From Cytophagaceae bacterium (GTDB lineage Bacteria; Bacteroidota; Bacteroidia; Cytophagales; Flexibacteraceae): DNA of 48,760 bases. The position numbers were made by a program, and so were the translations under genes. The DNA is taken from NCBI GenBank assembly GCA_947464365.1, contig CANHWS010000001.1, forward strand, positions 1-48,760. The letters run 5' to 3'. Position 1 is the first letter of the stretch; each line of letters begins with the position of its first letter. The notes under the pieces are model-generated. The model was not told the DNA's origin and made no database searches. It saw nothing but the letters and a program-made list of their open reading frames with translations. This document shows positions 45,925 through 48,760 of the stretch, in pieces.

Positions 45925-47340
45925 CTATGCCTTAACCTCATCCTCGGCTGCATAGCCCAATATCTTGAGCATAGAAGCACTGTCTTGTTCTTTGGCAAAG
46001 AGCTCAGTCACGATGTTGCCTTGGTCATCTAGGCTGACAAGCACATGCTGTGGCGCAGGAATCAGGCAGTGTTGAATGCCACCATAGCCACCTAGTGACT
46101 CCTGATAGGCCCCCGTATGGAAAAAGCCAATATAGAGTTTCTCGGCATTGACATCCACCTTAGGCAAAAACACAACCGAGCTATGGGCCTCGCTATTGTA
46201 ATAGTCCATACTGTCGCAAGTCAGGCCGCCAAGGTTGACGTGGTGGTAGCGCTTGTTCCAGTGGTTGATGCTTAGCATGATGTACTTCTGGGACAAACCC
46301 CAAGCATCTGGCAGGTTAGTGATGAAGCTACCGTCGATCATGTACCAAAGCTCCTTGTCGTTCTGCTGCTTTTGGTCCAGGATGTTATAGATCACCGCAC
46401 CACTTTCGCCGACGGTATAGCTGCCAAACTCAGTGAAGATATCTGGGCTTGGCACACCTTGCTCTTGGCAGATGTATTGGATGTTTTCGACGACCTGATC
46501 AATCACGTACTGATAGTCAAAGTCGTAGGACATACTAGTCTGGATCGGCAGGCCACCGCCGATGTCAATGCTGGTAAGGTCCGGACAAATCTTCCTGATC
46601 TCACAGTACATCTCGACGAACTTGGTAAGCTCGGACCAGTAATAGGCGGTATCCTTAATGCCTGTGTTGATGAAGAAGTGAAGGGTCGTGAGGCGAAACT
46701 TGGCCCGTCCCTCAATGCGTTTTTTGTAGAAGTCAACGATCTCGTTATACCGGATGCCGAGGCGGCTGGTATAAAACTCGAACGATGGTTCTTCGTCAGC
46801 AGCAACACGCAGACCAACTTGGCAGTTGACCTTGACGTTCTGCTCAAAGAAGTCGATCTCACCCATGTTGTCCAGGATCGGCACACAGTTATGGAAACCG
46901 TCGTTGATCAGGTCCGCGATGTACTGCATGTACAGCTCGCGTTTGTAGCCATTGCAGAGGATGTAGGTGTCCTTGTTGATCAGCCCACGTTTGTAAACCT
47001 CACGGATGATCGGAATATCAAAAGCTGATGAGGTCTCGAGGTGGATGTCGTTTTTGAGCGCTTCCTCCAAGACGAACTTGAAGTGGGAGCTCTTGGTACA
47101 GTAGCAATAAGTATATGAGCCCTCGTAGTTGTACTTCGTGAATGCCTCCCGGAAAAAGCTCTTGGCTTTCTGGATGTGCTGGCTGATCTTGGGCAGATAA
47201 CTGAGCTTGAGCGGGGTCCCATACTGCTCGATAATCGGCATCAGCGGGACGTTATTGAAGTGTAACTCGTTATCAATGACCTTGAATTCCTCCGTCGGGA
47301 AGTCAAAGGTTTGCTCAATGAGGTCAACGTATTCCAGCAT
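45925..47340 (-). CDS. speA: Arginine decarboxylase (Bacteroidota short biosynthetic form, fold-type III PLP enzyme)
   Basis: YGTPLKLSYLPKI, the PLP-lysine region YCYCTKSSHF, IDIGGGLP and GGLTCDSMDY. The 471-aa length matches Bacteroidota SpeA. Confidence 0.88.
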   Translation of the reverse strand: MLEYVDLIEQTFDFPTEEFKVIDNELHFNNVPLMPIIEQYGTPLKLSYLPKISQHIQKAKSFFREAFTKYNYEGSYTYCYCTKSSHFKFVLEEALKNDIHLETSSAFDIPIIREVYKRGLINKDTYILCNGYKRELYMQYIADLINDGFHNCVPILDNMGEIDFFEQNVKVNCQVGLRVAADEEPSFEFYTSRLGIRYNEIVDFYKKRIEGRAKFRLTTLHFFINTGIKDTAYYWSELTKFVEMYCEIRKICPDLTSIDIGGGLPIQTSMSYDFDYQYVIDQVVENIQYICQEQGVPSPDIFTEFGSYTVGESGAVIYNILDQKQQNDKELWYMIDGSFITNLPDAWGLSQKYIMLSINHWNKRYHHVNLGGLTCDSMDYYNSEAHSSVVFLPKVDVNAEKLYIGFFHTGAYQESLGGYGGIQHCLIPAPQHVLVSLDDQGNIVTELFAKEQDSASMLKILGYAAEDEVKA

Positions 47341-47544
47341 TGCGTGGCAGGGAGGTGCGGATAAAGTAGTTTTGGAAAATTGCTAAAAGCTTGCAAAAAT
47401 CCGCTAATCTGACGCCAATAGCAACTATCTAGGCCAATAAGATAGGGGTAAGGACCAAAATCATGACCCTACGGCACAAAATGACCGAAAACATAACCAG
47501 ACCTTAACATAAGGCCAGTGATGAGAAATAGGTCTAAACGCAGC

Positions 47545-48760
47545 TTAGTAGGCTCCCTTCAGCTTCCGGATAAACCACTCAAGGATCGCGAGGGCGGCAA
47601 TTACAATGGCAATGACCTTGATATTGACAAGGTCCGAAAGGTCCTCGAAAGATCGGATCTGTCCTTTGGGACCTTGTTTCAGGATTTTGTCTACCAACCC
47701 ATCCACCTGAGATGCGGGGGCAAACGCACCACCAGATTTGGCCGCAACCTCACGCAAGAGTGCAAAGTTGGCGGTTGTGTTACTGGCCTCTAGCTGCAAG
47801 GCCTGCACAGTAAATTGCCCCTTAGTGCTTTCGGCTTTGCCACCAACGGTAGCAGTAGCTTCGTAGGTATAGACACCAGGCTTAAGCACACCAATATTGA
47901 GTTTGTTGTTGCTCTCGGTCGGGGTGACCGTAAAAGACTTCGGTGGCTGTCCCTTGGTGCTGACTTTGACGGTTACGGGTTGGTTATAAATTGGCTCGTA
48001 TAAGTCATTATAGAGCTCGGTCTGGAGGGCAACTTGGTCTTGCTCGTAGATCTCGGTGTTGACAGGGTAGCACCTGAGTTTGCGTTTGTCGTCCTTAGCA
48101 CTAAGGTACAAGGCTGTGCGCTGTATCAATTGGTCAATAGCTGTTTGGTTGCCAAGCTCAACAAAAGACTGTAGGCGCCACTGCCATAATCCCAAGCCTG
48201 CAAAAACTGCCGACTTGCGCCCATTGACACTAGAAACTGCCAAAAGCGGCTTACCGACTGCCACGGAACCTAATGATTGATTCAGGATCACATCAGATTG
48301 TGGCCCAAGGTTATACTGACCAAAAGGGACCTCAATGGGGGGCAGTTTGGGTAATAAGCTTGCTAGATCAGTCGGGACATTGAACCGTGCAAAAGTCGGT
48401 GCAACTGTGCCTGAGACCTTGTCTTGCTGATTGGCCTTGGGTTGGACCACAATAGCTGGCTGCAAGGCATTCAGGGCTGTGAAGTTGGTCTGGCCACCGA
48501 TAAAGTACCACATCGGTACACCTTGACTAGCCCATTGTTGTAGTTGCGTCGCCCCTGTGCCGAGCACATCTGGCAGCTGATGCAGAATCACCAAGTCTGG
48601 TTTGCCTGGCTTGAGCTCATTGACACCCGGCACAGTCCCAAGGCTTGGCATCCAGACCGACACCTCAAGATTGCCCAAAGACTCAAGTGCAGACCGAAGT
48701 GCTTTGACATCTGGGTGCGGGGCCGAGGCTGCTATCACAATGCGCTCCTTGCCGTCAATA
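47545..48760 (-). CDS. Membrane-anchored hypothetical protein, 5'-truncated by the window edge (C-terminal portion; possibly of the large vWA/Bat-associated family)
   Basis: The frame stays open past the listed GTG at 48738 to the window end (…IDGKERIVIAASAP). C-terminal TM anchor VIAIVIAALAILEWFIRKLKGAY. The functional assignment is only a recollection of similar C-terminal tails in Bacteroidota vWA proteins. Confidence 0.6.
   Translation of the reverse strand, partial: IDGKERIVIAASAPHPDVKALRSALESLGNLEVSVWMPSLGTVPGVNELKPGKPDLVILHQLPDVLGTGATQLQQWASQGVPMWYFIGGQTNFTALNALQPAIVVQPKANQQDKVSGTVAPTFARFNVPTDLASLLPKLPPIEVPFGQYNLGPQSDVILNQSLGSVAVGKPLLAVSSVNGRKSAVFAGLGLWQWRLQSFVELGNQTAIDQLIQRTALYLSAKDDKRKLRCYPVNTEIYEQDQVALQTELYNDLYEPIYNQPVTVKVSTKGQPPKSFTVTPTESNNKLNIGVLKPGVYTYEATATVGGKAESTKGQFTVQALQLEASNTTANFALLREVAAKSGGAFAPASQVDGLVDKILKQGPKGQIRSFEDLSDLVNIKVIAIVIAALAILEWFIRKLKGAY

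Noticed and set aside
46372-47028. 218-aa plus-strand ORF (and the 127-aa and 80-aa minus-strand off-frame ORFs) overlapping speA
   Set aside because: These are shadow or off-frame ORFs. The speA frame is continuous and motif-bearing across the region.
1-48760. Scan for tRNA, rRNA, tmRNA, RNase P, CRISPR arrays, transposases, integrases and flanking inverted repeats
   Set aside because: I saw no T-loop-type GGTTCGAATCC-like context outside coding sequence and no regularly spaced direct repeats. No ORF has DDE transposase or tyrosine-recombinase motifs. A covariance-model scan is needed to exclude small RNAs.

Overview
This 48.8-kb window looks like a chromosomal segment from a Bacteroidota genome. 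Three proteins carry Por/T9SS C-terminal sorting domains, there are SusC/SusD pairs, TAnnTTTG-type -7 promoter boxes are present, and hand counts put coding GC at roughly 50%. I support about 30 CDS.

The left half (1-18.2 kb) is mostly housekeeping:
- metG, a class A PBP, and panD-panC.
- The Bacteroidota-typical block of short glycogen-synthase-like gene, DUF4270-like lipoprotein and glmS.
- A few small accessory genes: a HicB-like antitoxin with no toxin, a lower-GC outer-membrane beta-barrel gene, and a two-gene membrane operon.

The right half (18.2-45 kb) is a long, mostly single-strand glycan-utilisation region:
- An orphan PaaA-like di-iron protein.
- GH92, a T9SS-secreted M1 peptidase, DUF1460, GH29, a GH28-like enzyme and xylA.
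- An atypically ordered SusD-SusC-SusC-SusD core.
- A large uncharacterised beta-helix protein with a T9SS tail, and a convergent GH63/GH37-like glycosidase.

The window ends with a CpsB-type phosphatase, speA and a 5'-truncated membrane-anchored protein.

I saw no rRNA, tRNA, CRISPR array, transposase or integrase. The most promising lead for something undescribed is the SusD-first double SusC/D locus together with its family-less beta-helix T9SS protein. No regulator for it is encoded anywhere in the window.

All family calls rest on motifs I recognise by eye in the translations. No database search was run.
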